Source: Octopus vulgaris | Lineage: Eukaryota | DNA: 64,000 bases | Assembly: GCA_951406725.2 (NCBI GenBank) | Contig: OX597824.1 | Location: 24,614,001-24,678,000 of the forward strand | Direction of reading: 5' to 3' | Made by a program: the position numbers and the translations under genes | Notes under the pieces: model-generated | Told to the model about the DNA's origin: nothing | Seen by the model: only the letters and a program-made list of their open reading frames with translations | Databases searched by the model: none | In this document: positions 1 to 13,469 of the stretch, piece after piece | Layout of the letters: every line of letters starts with the position of its first letter | Numbering within the stretch: the first letter of the stretch is position 1

Positions 1-1
1 A

Positions 2-37
<36 letters not shown>

Positions 38-38
<1 letters not shown>

Positions 39-238
39 CTGTGTGTGTGTGTTTGTGTGTCTGTGTTTGTCTCCCTAGCATTGCTTGACAACGGATGCTG
101 GTGTGTTTACGTCCCCGTCACTTAGCGGTTCGGCAAAAGAGACCGATAGAATAAGTACTGGGCTTAAAAAAAGGCGGTGCTCCAGCATGGCCGCAGTCAA
201 ATGAGTGAAACAAGTAAAAGAGTAAAAGAGTAAAAAGA

Positions 239-240
<2 letters not shown>
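38..240 (+). mobile_element. SINE family A, 3' half
   Basis: Matches the 3' half of the full copies at 4678-5083 and 42730-43100 (ctagcattgcttgacaa...cttagcggttcggcaaaagagaccgatagaataagtac...gctccagcatggccgcagtcaaatga...gtaaaagagtaaaagag). Confidence 0.85.
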
Positions 241-276
<36 letters not shown>

Positions 277-306
277 CGTCGTACGTACACTTTGGTCTCT
301 TATATG

Positions 307-350
<44 letters not shown>

Positions 351-443
351 TACACACACATACACACATATACACATACATATATATGTGTGTGTATGTG
401 TTTCTGCTCCTATGTGAATGAGTACATATATATGTGTGTTTGT

Positions 444-488
<45 letters not shown>

Positions 489-1043
489 CATGCAATGTAC
501 GTATGTAGCTTAATGAGACTTCGAAACCGAAACTACGAAGCTATGTACTCTTAAATATAATGGAAATGTTGTGGAATATTATTGATTAATTCTGTACAGG
601 TGTGTGTGTGTGTGTGTGTGTGTAAGTGTATGTGTGTGCATGTATGTATGTGTATGGTTAGCATGTGTTACCACTAGTGTCCCACAATATGACCCAGTCA
701 TTACACTTTATTTTACCATCTGTGCAGAGTTTTTGTTCTTCAAATTTATTGTCGACAATTCATTTGCTTAATTCACTTGCACCACCTTGTGCCTACTTAT
801 CTGGCAGTATCGCAAGAGCCTCACCCGAAATACTATACTTTGTTAATTCACATTCTTTTTTTTATCGTTCCTAGTTCAAATCCCGACAGGACCAACTTTG
901 CATTTCATTCTCTCGAGGTCGATAAAATAGAATACCAATCTAATACTTGGGTCGGTAAAATAAAGTACTGGGATTGAAATAATCGATTTAATTTTACATT
1001 GAAAATTGTTATCCATGAGCCAAAATATGAAATAATTATTATT

Positions 1044-2098
1044 ATTGAGTGAGAGAGCAGCGCATGCCATCAAAGTGACACTGCGGTACAAATATATGAA
1101 GCCCAGTATACCCGTCATGAATACCCGTCTGATAAGGGTACATCAGCCACATGCATCGCAACCATATGTGCGCGACACGGTGATCTCATATTAAGATAAA
1201 TAGCGCATGACCTTGCAGGTGGTTTCCTGATAGAATTTTCTTCAGGTTGAGTAGCCAATCCTGCTCAATAGGTCCCTGAATAAGGGTTGTCTAAGGATGT
1301 TGAACGAAACATCCATGTTTCCAGAGGTGAATTAGTCAAACTCCAAAGAATCCCTCTCAACACATGGCTATGGTGCTCCCTCAACTTCTGTCCGTGATCA
1401 GAGATGCACATATTGTCAATTATGCTCAACAGGTTATAGTCAAACAACTGACAAGCAAATCTGTGGTATTGAGCAGGATATTTGCTGTAGCCCATCTTTT
1501 ATCATCATCATCATCCTTGTTTGACCGTGGTCGAGACAATGGAATTTACCATGCTACGCCAGACTTCACGATCCATCATGGCATTACGGAGGTGCTGGAT
1601 GCCTGTATCCCTGGAGAACGTGATCAGAGACAGGACCTGGCAAAGCAGGGTCTGGACCTATATCCGCAGGTATACCATTAGGTCTGGTTCCCTGGGGAAG
1701 AGGAACCCTGGTGCAGTTAATTGCAAACTCCATAGTCTTTTCAAATGGCTAATAATGTGTGCGCGCGCCACTACTACACACATTGGAAAGCATTGTACAA
1801 TCAAGTACTAAAGAAGATCTTTCCTCCTCCATGAAACAAAGCTGTTCCCGCTGGACGTCAACCCAGTATTTCTAAGCTACGGACCGAGTGATTTATTGTA
1901 AGGTTATCTCCCTAGATAGATTGCCTTCACTACGGCTAAGGGGCCCTTTCTACCCCACTGACACAGGTTGTACTGGTTTACAGTTTACCAGTAGTAGGAT
2001 CCGATGCTGCATACATCAGACCCGACATGATAACACTTCCAAACAGTTAAGATCAGAAGCCATGAGAGCTAGTGCCTGGTATTGCATCAAGGTGTTTA
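1044..2098 (-). mobile_element. ~555-bp non-autonomous retroposon in an (AAT)n tract (possible 5S-derived SINE), interrupted by an RTE insertion
   Basis: 1044-1500 plus 2010-2098 is the reverse complement of 33476-34030, with (ATT)n on both sides. Confidence 0.8.
1501..2010 (-). mobile_element. Bipartite (internally deleted) RTE-clade non-autonomous element
   Basis: The minus strand has an RTE 5'-UTR-like motif (GGGCCCTTAGCCGTAGTGAAGGCAATCTATCTAGGGAGA), an RTE C-terminus (SRDTGIQHLRNAMMDREVWRSMVNSIVSTTVKQG*) and a (GAT)n tail. It is nested in the element above. Confidence 0.65.
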
Positions 2099-2344
2099 TT
2101 ATTATTATCATTATTTAAGACGTCGCAGGGTATCCAATATCGTGATGTTGTTGATTGAAGATATTGCGTCCACCGTGGGGTTTGTACTGCCTGTCAAGTA
2201 ACAGCAAGGACCTCAGAGAGACAGTGATTTATGCAATATGCATGCAGTTACAAGTAATGTCTATTTTTGCAATACACCTAGATTGTAGAGTATTTCTAAA
2301 GTTTCCAGACGTTTTTTCAGGCTGGGTGGTATTATTATTATTAT

Positions 2345-4330
2345 TGCTTTTGTATAGCTTCTAACGCTGGAGGTGTATTACTGTGCTAGCAGTTCACTAC
2401 CATTGAACTAAGATAAAACATCTTATTTTTCGAGCACCTTCCGGAGTATTCGAGCGGTTCCAAGTAGTGCTGTTTTCTGCAAGTGCTCCACCCTTATTGC
2501 AACCCCTATTTGTTCCATGTACCTCTCGAGATTTGTGCTCATTGTTCCCAGGGCTCCGAAAATTATTGGTACTACTGCTACCTTTTTCATCGACCACAAC
2601 TGCTTAACTTCCCAAGCTAACCTGTCACATCTCTCGACTTTTCTTTCTTCCTTATCGCATACCTTGTTGTCAACTGGGCATGCTATATCTATGTTCCAGC
2701 ATAGTTTGTTTTCTTTCTCAATTAAGAATATCTCCGGCTTCCTATTCTCTATCCCATGGTCGCACTGAATCATAAAATCCCATAGGATCTTTGTATTTCC
2801 ATTTTCGATAGTGCCTTCAGGTTTTTTGTCGCACCACCTTTTTGCTCTGTCAAGTCCATACTTATTGCAAAGTGTCCAATGGACAAGCCAGGCTATATTG
2901 TCGTGACGTCTCTTATATTCCCTCTAGGATAGCGGCGTACACTGGCTGGTAATATGCCATAACGTTTGTCCACAGATTCTGCACTTAATACTTTCTGATG
3001 TGTTGTCTATTCTGTATTTTATGTAGTTTGTTCTTAGTACTTACTCTTGGTCAGCACAGATTAGAGCCTCCGGTTCCGAATTTAAATCACCTTGAGTCAT
3101 CCACAGCCATCTTTTTTTTCTGTCTGTCTTATCTTCAACATCTCTATCAAATTGACCATGCATTCTTTTCTTTATTCACCTATTTTCAGTTTCATTCGTT
3201 TTCACTTTCTTGTATAGTGCTTTATATTTGCAATCTTTCCTCCTACACAAGCCTGACCTTCTTACTTATAATATCGGTTTTGTGGCATTTTTTTTTACAT
3301 ACCATGCTATATTGTTTTCTTCTGCTCTAATGCTGTGTTCGCATCCAATAAGTCCTCTTCCCCCTCTTTTTCTTGGTACATACAGTCTATCTGTGTCACT
3401 TTTTGGGTAGAATGACCCATATCTAGTTAGCAACTTCTTTGTCTTTCTGTCTAAGCTGTTTAGTTCGTCTACTGTCCATGCGAGTATCCCTGCTCCATAT
3501 CTAAGGAGTGAAACCGCCCAAGTGTTGATAGCTTTAATCTTATTCCGTCCGTTTACTTTCGACTTTAGAATCAGTCTCAGTCTGCGCATGTACTCCACCT
3601 TAAATTTTTCCATCATCTCTTTCTCCATCAATTTATCCATTTCCAAAATCCCCAAGCACTTATTGCCCGTCTCTTCTATCTGCTTCACAACCTCTCCCGA
3701 CGGTATCGCTAGCCCGTCCATGCATTTAATTTTGCTTCTCTTCAAGACTAACACACCACACTTTCTCAGTCCGAACTCCATTCCGATATCAGCACTGAAG
3801 GTATACACCGTATCAACGAGGGAACGGACTTAGGTTTCATCTTTACCATAAAGTTTGAGGTCATCCATGAATAACAAATGGTTGACATTTTGTTGGCGGC
3901 TCTTGAGTACATACCCAGCTTTGCTTTCCTCAGAATCAGTGTTAGTGGTATCGAGCACAGTACAAAAACCAGTGTGGACAGGCAGTCCCGTTGGAAGATG
4001 CCCCTCCTAATTTCTACTGTCCCTAAGCTTTTTCCATATGCTGTCAGGTCCGTCCTCCAAATCGCCATACTTTTCCCAAGCAATTGCTCAACAGTAGATG
4101 CAATACCGAATAGGTTCATACACCCTGTAATACAAGAGTGTGAGATCATATCGTACGCCTTACGATAGTCGATCCATGACATGGCTAAGTTAGTCTTCCT
4201 TCCCTTGCAGTCTCTAAGTGCAGTTTTGTCAATCAAAAGTTGATCCTTGGTAACTTTGCACTTACGCTTGCAACCCCTTTGCTCATGTGGCAGGACTCCT
4301 ATTTTTCTCAGATGTTCGTACATTGAGTAT
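2345..4330 (-). mobile_element. 5'-truncated, frameshifted R4/Dong-clade LINE (RT + restriction-like endonuclease)
   Basis: ORFs 3766-4323 ([23 protein letters not shown]), 3266-3808 ([22 protein letters not shown]) and 2423-2773 (NRKPEI..IDIACP..QKTALLGTARILRKVL), plus an (AAT)n 3' tail. Confidence 0.92.
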
Positions 4331-4677
4331 TTCAGTCAATAACTTCTACAAGCTTGTTTCATTTTCTGCCTACCAAATCTGCTCACAATGCTTTGGTCAA
4401 TCTGACTCTATAGTGGAAGACATTTGCCTACTGTGCCGCAGAGTGAGTTTGAATCCGGAACCATATGGTTCGGAAACCAAATTCTTACGATACAGCCACA
4501 TAAGTATATAGCAATTATATATATACAAACATATATTCATGTATACATTTATGCATGCATGCATACATACATACATACATACATACATACATACATACAT
4601 ACATACATACATACATACATACAAGCTTGTTGGTTCGTACAAGGTTGTTTGTTCGGCAACAGAAACCGCTAAGGGAT

Positions 4678-5083
4678 ACTCTTTTACTCTTTTACTTGTT
4701 TCAGTCATTTGACTGCGGCCATGCTGGAGCACCGCCTTTAGTCGAGCAAATCGACCCGGGACTTATTCTTTGTAAGCCCAGTACTTATTCTATCGGTCTC
4801 TTTTGCCGAACCGCTAAGTAACGGGGACGTAAACACACCAGCATCGGTTGTCAAGCAATGCTAGGAGGACAAACACAGACACACAAACATAGACACACAC
4901 ATATATATATACATATATACGACAGGCTTCTTTCAGTTTCCGTCTACCAAATCCACTCACAAGGCATTGGTCGGCCCGGGGCTATAGTAGAAGACACTTG
5001 CCCAAGATGCCACGCAGTGGGACTGAACCCGGAACCATGTGGTTGGTTAGCAAGCTACTTACCACACAGCCACTCCTGCGCCT
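4678..5083 (-). mobile_element. SINE family A, full length (tRNA-like head, CORE-like box, internal microsatellite, CR1-like tail)
   Basis: Minus strand reads AGGCGCAGGAGTGGCTGTGTGG...GGTTCAGTCCCACTGCGTGGCATCTTGGGCAAGTG...(TA/TG)n...GTAAAAGAGTAAAAGAG; more than 10 copies in the window. Confidence 0.9.
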
Positions 5084-5113
5084 ATAAAAAGAAAAATATT
5101 ATCAGCCGCCGGA

Positions 5114-5175
5114 TGCCGAAACCCGGGATTGAACCGGGGACCTTTAGATCTTCAGTCTAACGCTCTCCCAACTGA
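5114..5175 (-). pseudogene. tRNA-Phe(GAA) pseudogene lacking the first ~11 nt
   Basis: Minus strand TCAGTTGGGAGAGCGTTAGACTGAAGATCTAAAGGTCCCCGGTTCAATCCCGGGTTTCGGCA is nearly identical to canonical metazoan tRNA-Phe. The 5' acceptor strand GCCGAAATAGC is missing, and a T-run follows ~15 nt downstream. Confidence 0.9.
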
Positions 5176-5494
5176 TGATCTGGATAAATAAAAATATATA
5201 GTACTAGGGTCGCCTGGTAAGCCTAAAACCCTTCGAGATTGTGCTCCAGCAGAGCCGCTGTCAAATGGCTGAAACGGGTAAAAGATAAGATATAGAACTT
5301 ATAAGATCATCCTCGTTATCATTGCTATTAGCATCAGCTGTAGCGGCTTCATACATGATGGCAATAATATCCACGTCAGCAACAACAATAAGAAGAAGAA
5401 TTTAAAAGAATAACGACGAAAGAGGACACCACAAACAACAACGATGACAACAAACATGATGACGACGGCTACTGAATGACAGGATCGAACGACA

Positions 5495-5728
<234 letters not shown>

Positions 5729-5979
5729 TATGGATTGCCATTTAAGCAGATGTAAAACGTGGACAGTTTAATATTGATAACATTACAGCTGCCATCTTGA
5801 TGACGTCAGCCATTGAACGAAAGACGCCATTAATTTGAATTATATATCGAACAAATTTATCAGCTGACATTGTCCCATGTTTCTACGTGTAAATATATAT
5901 GTATGTGTGAATGTATGTATATATGTATGTTTGTGTATGCATAAATGCATGTATGTATATATGTATGTATATATGTATG

Positions 5980-6011
<32 letters not shown>

Positions 6012-6331
6012 TGTATGTATGCATGTGCGTATGCATCTTTGTTGGTGTCTATATACACCTGTGGGTATTTTCGTTAGTGTGGCGGTATGTATGGATGTAT
6101 GTGCATGCGTGATGGCATGTACTTATGTATGCCTGCTTGTATGCTAGTGTGTACGAATGTATGTGTGTGTGTATGCATGTGTGTGTGTGTGTGCATGTGT
6201 GTATGCGCGCGTGTGTACCACATACATTGGTTGATTTTTGAACGAATGAATCTACTTGTGTGTGTGTGTGTAGTTTTGTATATATACATACAGTCCTACA
6301 TACCAGCACATACATGTATATAACTCTGCCT

Positions 6332-6413
<82 letters not shown>

Positions 6414-6452
6414 CATATATATACATACATATACATACATATATATATATAT

Positions 6453-6507
<55 letters not shown>

Positions 6508-6695
6508 AATATATGTACATAGTCAAACGTCGGATAATTGATACTGGATTTATCATTTATGTAATTTTCTATGTACACGAAAACTGTACACCCACGTACT
6601 TATGCATCGTCTTAATCAGGCAAAGACGTTCATACATATGCCTACACACACCTACATACATAAATACAGACTTGCGTATAAATATACATACAAAA

Positions 6696-6768
<73 letters not shown>

Positions 6769-6876
6769 TATACACACACACACATATATATGCATGTATA
6801 TACATACATATATATACATAAGTGTGTGTGTACTAACACATACTTGGACACACAGACACACACAAACACACACACG

Positions 6877-6907
<31 letters not shown>

Positions 6908-7289
6908 ACATAGGTACCCATACATATTGAGAAGAGCATAAAATACTCTTCAAGAATATCAGGAATAATACTTTATATTTCGAGAGTTTCTTTCATTTTG
7001 CCATTAGACACACACACACGTGTATATACACATGTGCTTGTATATATAATGTGTGTGTACATATGTATGTAAGTATGTATGTATCTATGTATGCATATGT
7101 GTATGTACGTGCGTCTGTACGCGCGCATGTGTGTTTATGTGCGCGTGTGTGTGTGGGATAACACGTTCGTATTTTATAACATATATATATTTATAAATGC
7201 ACATATATATTTAAATATTTACACATGTATACACTCACATACATACACATACACACACACACATATATACATACATATATAAATCTACG

Positions 7290-7323
<34 letters not shown>

Positions 7324-7340
7324 TGTAGGTATGTAATTAT

Positions 7341-7409
<69 letters not shown>

Positions 7410-7507
7410 AGAGAGATGAATAAATAAATAAATGGTAAACATAGGATAATTCATTCACCCATCGAAATATATATATATATATGTGTATATATATATATGT
7501 ATATATA

Positions 7508-7577
<70 letters not shown>

Positions 7578-8454
7578 TATATACACATATATATGTATGT
7601 ATATATATATGTATGTATGTGTGCATGTATGTATGTATATACTTTTGCACATGTCTCTTAGCTGAGAGACCAGGCACATACTAATATAAAACATATAAAA
7701 TATACTGTTGCATCGCCTTTTATATAATGTAAAGACATCGATAAAGAAAACATTCATGAATTTACATGACCATTCAGATAATCAACATGAAGCAACCAAA
7801 ATAAATACAGAATAAGAATAAATCATCATAACGTACGCCATTTTGAAAATAGCGGACGTTCAAAGATGTTAAATATAACAAATCAGAAACGAAGTGAAGG
7901 TCAACACAGAAATTGTCCACATAGCCAATGTGGAATCATGCAAGAAATGAATCTCTTATATATTAAGTAGTAAAATGTGTTAGTTTACAGTGATCTTGTG
8001 TGAAAATTTTGAAGTGAATGAATATTGTATAATGGTAGACACAGAAGCAGCACGGCAGTAATAGCAGCAGCGTTATGTGATAAAGATTAACTTTCTACAG
8101 AGCTATTTTTGGTTTTTATGCTCAAGCATTGCTGTGAAGTTAAAGAAGCTCGCTTTTACAACCAGGTGACTTCGGGTTCAGCTTCACTGTGTGACACCTT
8201 AGTCTAGTACCTTCTCTTATTGCTTCGACCCCATTCAATGCCTTGTGAGTGAATTTGGTAGACGTTCGGAACGCTGTGTATATATATACATGCATACATA
8301 CACATACATACATACATACATACATACATACATACATACATACATACATACATACATACATACATACATACATACATACATACATACATACATACATACA
8401 TACATACATACATACATACATACATACATACTTACATACATACATACATAAATG

Positions 8455-8860
8455 TGACCGCATGTGTACCGTTGGCGATTTTTATTCCTCTGTCTTCCCT
8501 TCTCTGGATCTTTCCTTCTCCTATGTTTCCGACGAAGAGCTCCACTCGAAACGTTAATCCCTCCTTCTTCCCTTCCTTCCTGAGCGTCCAATAATACTAT
8601 ATTTGTTCCACGTCCTCGCGTTATTGTGTTTTCTCTTTGTGTTTTCATGTTTGGATTAACTTTACATACATAAATACATCGTTAGCTACTACACACATTT
8701 TTTTCTCTCCTTGTTTTTTTCTGTGTCCCTTTTTGTAGAAGAGCGTAGGCTCGAAACGTAAAAGACTTTTTCTATTCCTGAGCGTTATACCAATACATCT
8801 GTTTGTTTTGTACACCACCTGTCTTCGTTTTTTTTTTTTTTCGTAAACTCTCCCTATATG
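8455..8860 (+). mobile_element. Short Penelope-like (pseudo-LTR) element with two tandem minimal hammerhead motifs
   Basis: TTTCCGACGAAGAGCTCCACTCGAAACGTTAA (8526-8557) and CTTTTTGTAGAAGAGCGTAGGCTCGAAACGTAAAAG (8729-8764); homologous pieces at 32645-32830 (-), 40095-40285 (+) and 31400-31530 (-). Confidence 0.7.
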
Positions 8861-8882
8861 CATATGTATATATGTATGCGTG

Positions 8883-9210
8883 AAAGCGCATGGCTTAGTG
8901 GGTTAGAACGTAGAGCCTACGGTCGTGAGGTTGCGTGTTCGATTCCCGGACCCGGATACGTGTTGTGTTCTTTGGCAAGACATTTTATTTCGCGTTGCTC
9001 CAGTTAACTCATCTGTAGAAATGAGTTGCGACATCACAGGTGCCAAGCTGTATCGGCCCCTTTGCCTTTCCCTTGGATAACATCAGTGGTGTGGAGAGGG
9101 GAGGCTGGTATGCATGGGCGACTGCTAGCCTTCCACAAAGAATCTTGCCCTGACTTGTGCCTCGGAGGGTAACTTTCTAGGTGCAATCCCATGGTCATTC
9201 ATGACCGAAA
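8883..9210 (+). mobile_element. SINE family D (tRNA head, CORE-like box)
   Basis: A box TGGCTTAGTGG and B box GTTCGATTCC; homologous to 43884-44229 (-) and 18804-18920 (-). Confidence 0.85.
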
Positions 9211-9220
9211 CGCGAATCCT

Positions 9221-9222
9221 CC

Positions 9223-9279
<57 letters not shown>

Positions 9280-9295
9280 ATATATTATACATACA

Positions 9296-9329
<34 letters not shown>

Positions 9330-9379
9330 CATATATACATATATACATACATATATACATACATACATATATACATATA

Positions 9380-9413
<34 letters not shown>

Positions 9414-9450
9414 CATACATACATACATACATACATGCATATATACATAT

Positions 9451-9481
<31 letters not shown>

Positions 9482-9790
9482 CATATATACATACATATAT
9501 ACATACATACATACATATATACATATATACATATATACATACATACATACATACATATATACATATATATATACATACATACATACATATATACATACAT
9601 ACATACATACATACATACATACATACATGCATATATACATACATACATACATACATACATGCATATATACATACATACATACATAGATACATACATACAT
9701 ACATACATACATACATACATACATACATACATACATACATACATACATACATACATGCATGCATGCATGCATACACACACATACACATAT
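9221..9790. repeat. (AT)n/(GT)n/(ATAC)n compound microsatellite
   Basis: Directly visible; explains the six overlapping ORFs. Confidence 0.95.
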
Positions 9791-9791
9791 C

Positions 9792-10160
9792 TGCCCTGCA
9801 GATATAAATTTCTCTTTGAAAATCAAAGAAAAAGAGGATATCTATGGACAACTGCTTCGAAACCTCTAGCTTCTATATGCAGACTAGGAATTCATATTTA
9901 TACCAATAATAATTGGAGCATTAGGTTTTGTTAGTAATTGCTCAAAGGAGAATCTGAATAAACTGGGATTTTCAGAAAGAGAAATCGATCAGCTAATTCG
10001 TATATTACAAGTGCAATCTGTGAGTGGAACAGTAAAAATATGCATGACTTTTCTCAGGTTCCAAATGTGAATGTGTCTGTGTTAACTACATCCCACAGAT
10101 GGAGCCTTGTGTCTTTGTTGGAAACCTGCTCCCTCCTCATTGGAAGATTTATAATAATTA
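9792..10160 (+). mobile_element. 3' end of an RLE-type LINE (R4/CRE-like)
   Basis: Translates [25 protein letters not shown]...[12 protein letters not shown]...LQVQSVSGTVKICMTFLRFQM*, a typical RLE C-terminus. Confidence 0.75.
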
Positions 10161-10834
10161 AAAAAATAGAAGAGACATACATACATGTGTGTGAGTGTTT
10201 GCTTATTCTCCCACCACCACGCCACTTGAGAACTGGTGTTGATATGCTTAGTAAGTTAGCGGTTCGGCATAAGACATCGATAGAATAAATACCTAACTTA
10301 AAAACACAAGTACTAATGTCGTAGCCCGGTATTTTATTTTATCAGTTTGCTTTTCACCGAACCGATAAGTTACGGGGACGTAAACACACCAACATCGGTT
10401 GTCAAGCGGTGGTGGGGACAAATACCCACATACATGTATAGTAGCAATGCCCCAACATGGCTGCAATCAGACAGCTCACTTCGATATAACATTAAAACAC
10501 ACCTAGAAACTTATCTCCCTATCTGTTTTTCTATACATTAAAATGAACTATCTTACCATCTCTCTGTCTAAGTATTTGTATATCAATTTGTATGTTTATG
10601 AAAATCTGCCCAGCCGTATTTATTATGCGATTTCAAATATAATCCATTAACTTATTACAAAACCATAATATATACGGGAGCACCGTCGTATAAAAAATAC
10701 AATAAATACATCATAATGAATATAGTATATAAGGTAGCTTAAGTACAAATGCTTAGAGCGTTTTCTATGCAATTAATCTATATTAATAAAAACGAAATTC
10801 TGTCTGTCCGTCTGGGACCTCTGTGTCTCAGTCT

Positions 10835-11610
10835 ACATTTGCTCCATATAGACACATTATGTGCTTTTGGAAATGAGGATGATCCACGGATCGATAATCT
10901 GCTCATCATTTGGTTCTTGAACATCCAGCATTGGGATCCGACTTAAAAGCATTTGGGTTGCTATTTCTAGCAAGTAAAGCTTGGCTGATTCACGGCACCT
11001 TACTTGGCGTTTGTCAGGTGACGTTAGAGATCAAGGGAGAGACATTCGCTTCGTTAATTTTGCGTCGAGTCAGAACTTTGGGACAAATTGACCAACAGTT
11101 GGAATTCAACTTGTACTTTCATTATCTCGACCGGTCCCTTGCCTCGCCAACTACTGTTTTCTTAGGTATTGTCGCCCTTCGTTCGACGTTGGTCTTATAG
11201 TATCGGATCCAGTCTGAGCACTTATTGTCGGCATCTATTATACGCCTTTTTCTTTTACGGTTCTTACCTGTTATATAAAACCCAATGACTATTGCCAATA
11301 ATTTCGACAAAGATTTACATATTTATTCTCAGTCCATTCCGGCAGATTCGAACGTGAATATACTAATCGCTGGTGCATTTCGTCACAGGAGAACAGCTTG
11401 TCCTTATCCTTTATGATGTGCATAACACAAATAGTTCATTAGGACAAGGGATTCTGGGACACCGGTGCTTCGATATGTTGTGTCTCGTCTCATAGAAGTT
11501 ACTGGACCAATGAATCTGACACGAAACGATGGTCTTGTTTATAATTTCAGCGAACAGACTGTTCACTGGTTCGTCCCGATATCCACCAACCGATTATGAT
11601 AATTCGTTGT
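10835..11610 (+). mobile_element. Heavily decayed Gypsy/Ty3 gag-protease remnant
   Basis: Colinear frameshifted motifs: SLILRRVRTLG (gag SQLLRRM-like), W-H-RH-GE-A-CPYP (CWYH..FG..A..C-like), FWDTGASICCVS (aspartic protease DTGA) and WFV/PDIHQPIM (ADV.QPIL-like). Confidence 0.55.
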
Positions 11611-11793
11611 ATGCACACTGAAGAGCGATATTCAAACGTTTTGAATCCCGCTATTCACAATGCATATAACAATTTATCATCAGTAATATTCACCTGCAAT
11701 AAGAAACTCTCTACAACATCCAACTGAATCATTATTTTATTAATTAAAAAGTATATATTAGCGGTAGAGGAAATATTAATACCAAGAGGTATG

Positions 11794-11943
11794 ATTTAGC
11801 CCCACTTAAACGTGGAGGTTCCGTTAGAACAAGTTATACTGCGGTTGATACCACGAGAGAAGCTAATATGAGTGTTTCTCTCATGATATCTACCGCAGTA
11901 TAGTTTGTTCGAATAGATCATCTACGTTTAAGTGGGGATAAAT
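11794..11943. mobile_element. Palindromic MITE (Tourist/PIF-Harbinger-like)
   Basis: ~70-bp arms, ~80% complementary: TTA|GCCCCACTTAAACGT...ACGTTTAAGTGGGGA|TAA. Confidence 0.7.
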
Positions 11944-11990
11944 ATTTGATTAAGGTAAAGACATCACAGAAGCAGAAATTATTGAATAAA

Positions 11991-12393
11991 AGGCGGCGAG
12001 CTGGCAGAAACGTTAGCACGCCGGGCGAAATGTTTAGCGGTATTTCGTCTGCCGCTACGTTCTGAGTTCAAATTCCGCCGAGGTCGACTTTGCTTTTCAT
12101 CGTTTCGGGGTCGATAAATTAAGTACCAGTTACGCACTGGACTCGATGTAATCGACTTAATCCGTTTGTCTGTCCTTGTTTGTCCTCTCTGTGTTTAGCC
12201 CCTTGTGGGTAGTAAAGAAATAGGTATTTCATCTGCCGCTACGTTCTGAGTTCAAATTCCGCGGAGGTCGACTTTGCCTTTCAGCCTTTCGGGGTCGATA
12301 GATTAAGTACCAGTTACGCACTGGGGTCGAGGTAATCGACTTAATCCGTTTGTCTGTCCTTGTTTAGCCCTTTGTAGGCAATAAAGAAATAAG
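11991..12393 (+). mobile_element. SINE family B dimer
   Basis: Head AGGCGGCGAGCTGGCAGAAACG plus two bodies (GAGTTCAAATTCC, TTTCATCCTTTCGGGGTCGATAAATTAAGTACCAG); TSD AGAAA(T/C)TATTGAATA. Confidence 0.9.
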
Positions 12394-13024
12394 AAACTAT
12401 TGAATATCGAACAAAATAAATCGGTTGAATCCCATTGGATTCTAAGTTCCATTCTCACCGAGGTCGACATTACCTTTCCTACTTCAGAGATCGATATTAA
12501 AAAAAAAAAGAACCAGTTCAACATTACTGTCGATAGATTTGTCTGTTCTCGTTATCCTAAAAGCTTAATCGGTTTGTGCATACATTAAGAATCTATGTAA
12601 AAGTTTAAGGCGGCGAAACGTTCGGCATTCCAGGCAAAATGCTTAGCAACATTTCCTCCGGTTCTTTAACACTCTGATTTAAAATTTCATCGAGGTTAAC
12701 TTTGCTTTTCATCCTTTCGGGGTCGTTGCAATCGATTGTCCCCTCCCATTGAAATTCCTGGCCTTGGGACAAAATTTGTTACAGAGGCAGAAACTAGAGA
12801 GTATCGAGAACAATGAAGAAGGTACGGATTTGGTTGAACACCCCTTTGGATTGTAAATTTGATTCTCTCCGACGTCGACTTTACCTTTAATTTCCAGAGA
12901 TCGATATAAAAAAATAAAGAAAATAAACCTATCAATCAAACACTGCAGTCGATAGAATCTACTATTCTCTATACCCTCAAACATTTATTGATTTGGTGCA
13001 CGTTAAAAATCGATATATAAGATT

Positions 13025-13086
<62 letters not shown>

Positions 13087-13469
13087 ATTCTTTGTCACTG
13101 TCTTTCTCCTCTTCACCCGGCCAAATATGTGACTTGGTGCATAGATTAGAATTCAATATTTAGTCCAAAGTTCGACTGGCATCGCTGTTGATTTTTGCCT
13201 TTAATTCTTTTACTTTCTTATTCTTATTTTTCAAGGTTCAATAGAATATATATACAAAGGTTCCTAAAAACCTAAACATCTTCCTTCAAAAGGGCTTTTA
13301 CCAAACAGAAAATATTTCAATTCTTTTTTCTTTTTTTCGTATTTTTCACACACACACACACACACACACACATACATGTATGCACTCTCTCTCTCACAAA
13401 TACTCTCTCTCGTACACGCACACGCACGTGCGCACTCTCACACTCACGTACATGCTGATATGTGCCTGA

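Noticed and set aside
505-550. Hammerhead-like TTAATGAG...CGAAAC
   Set aside because: Core and stems are too damaged to support a call.
5114-5175. Functional tRNA-Phe
   Set aside because: The 5' acceptor strand and the start of the A box are missing.
9125-9934. Long ORFs of YIHT/MYVC/poly-N/poly-L type here and throughout the window
   Set aside because: Translations of microsatellites that lack stop codons in several frames.
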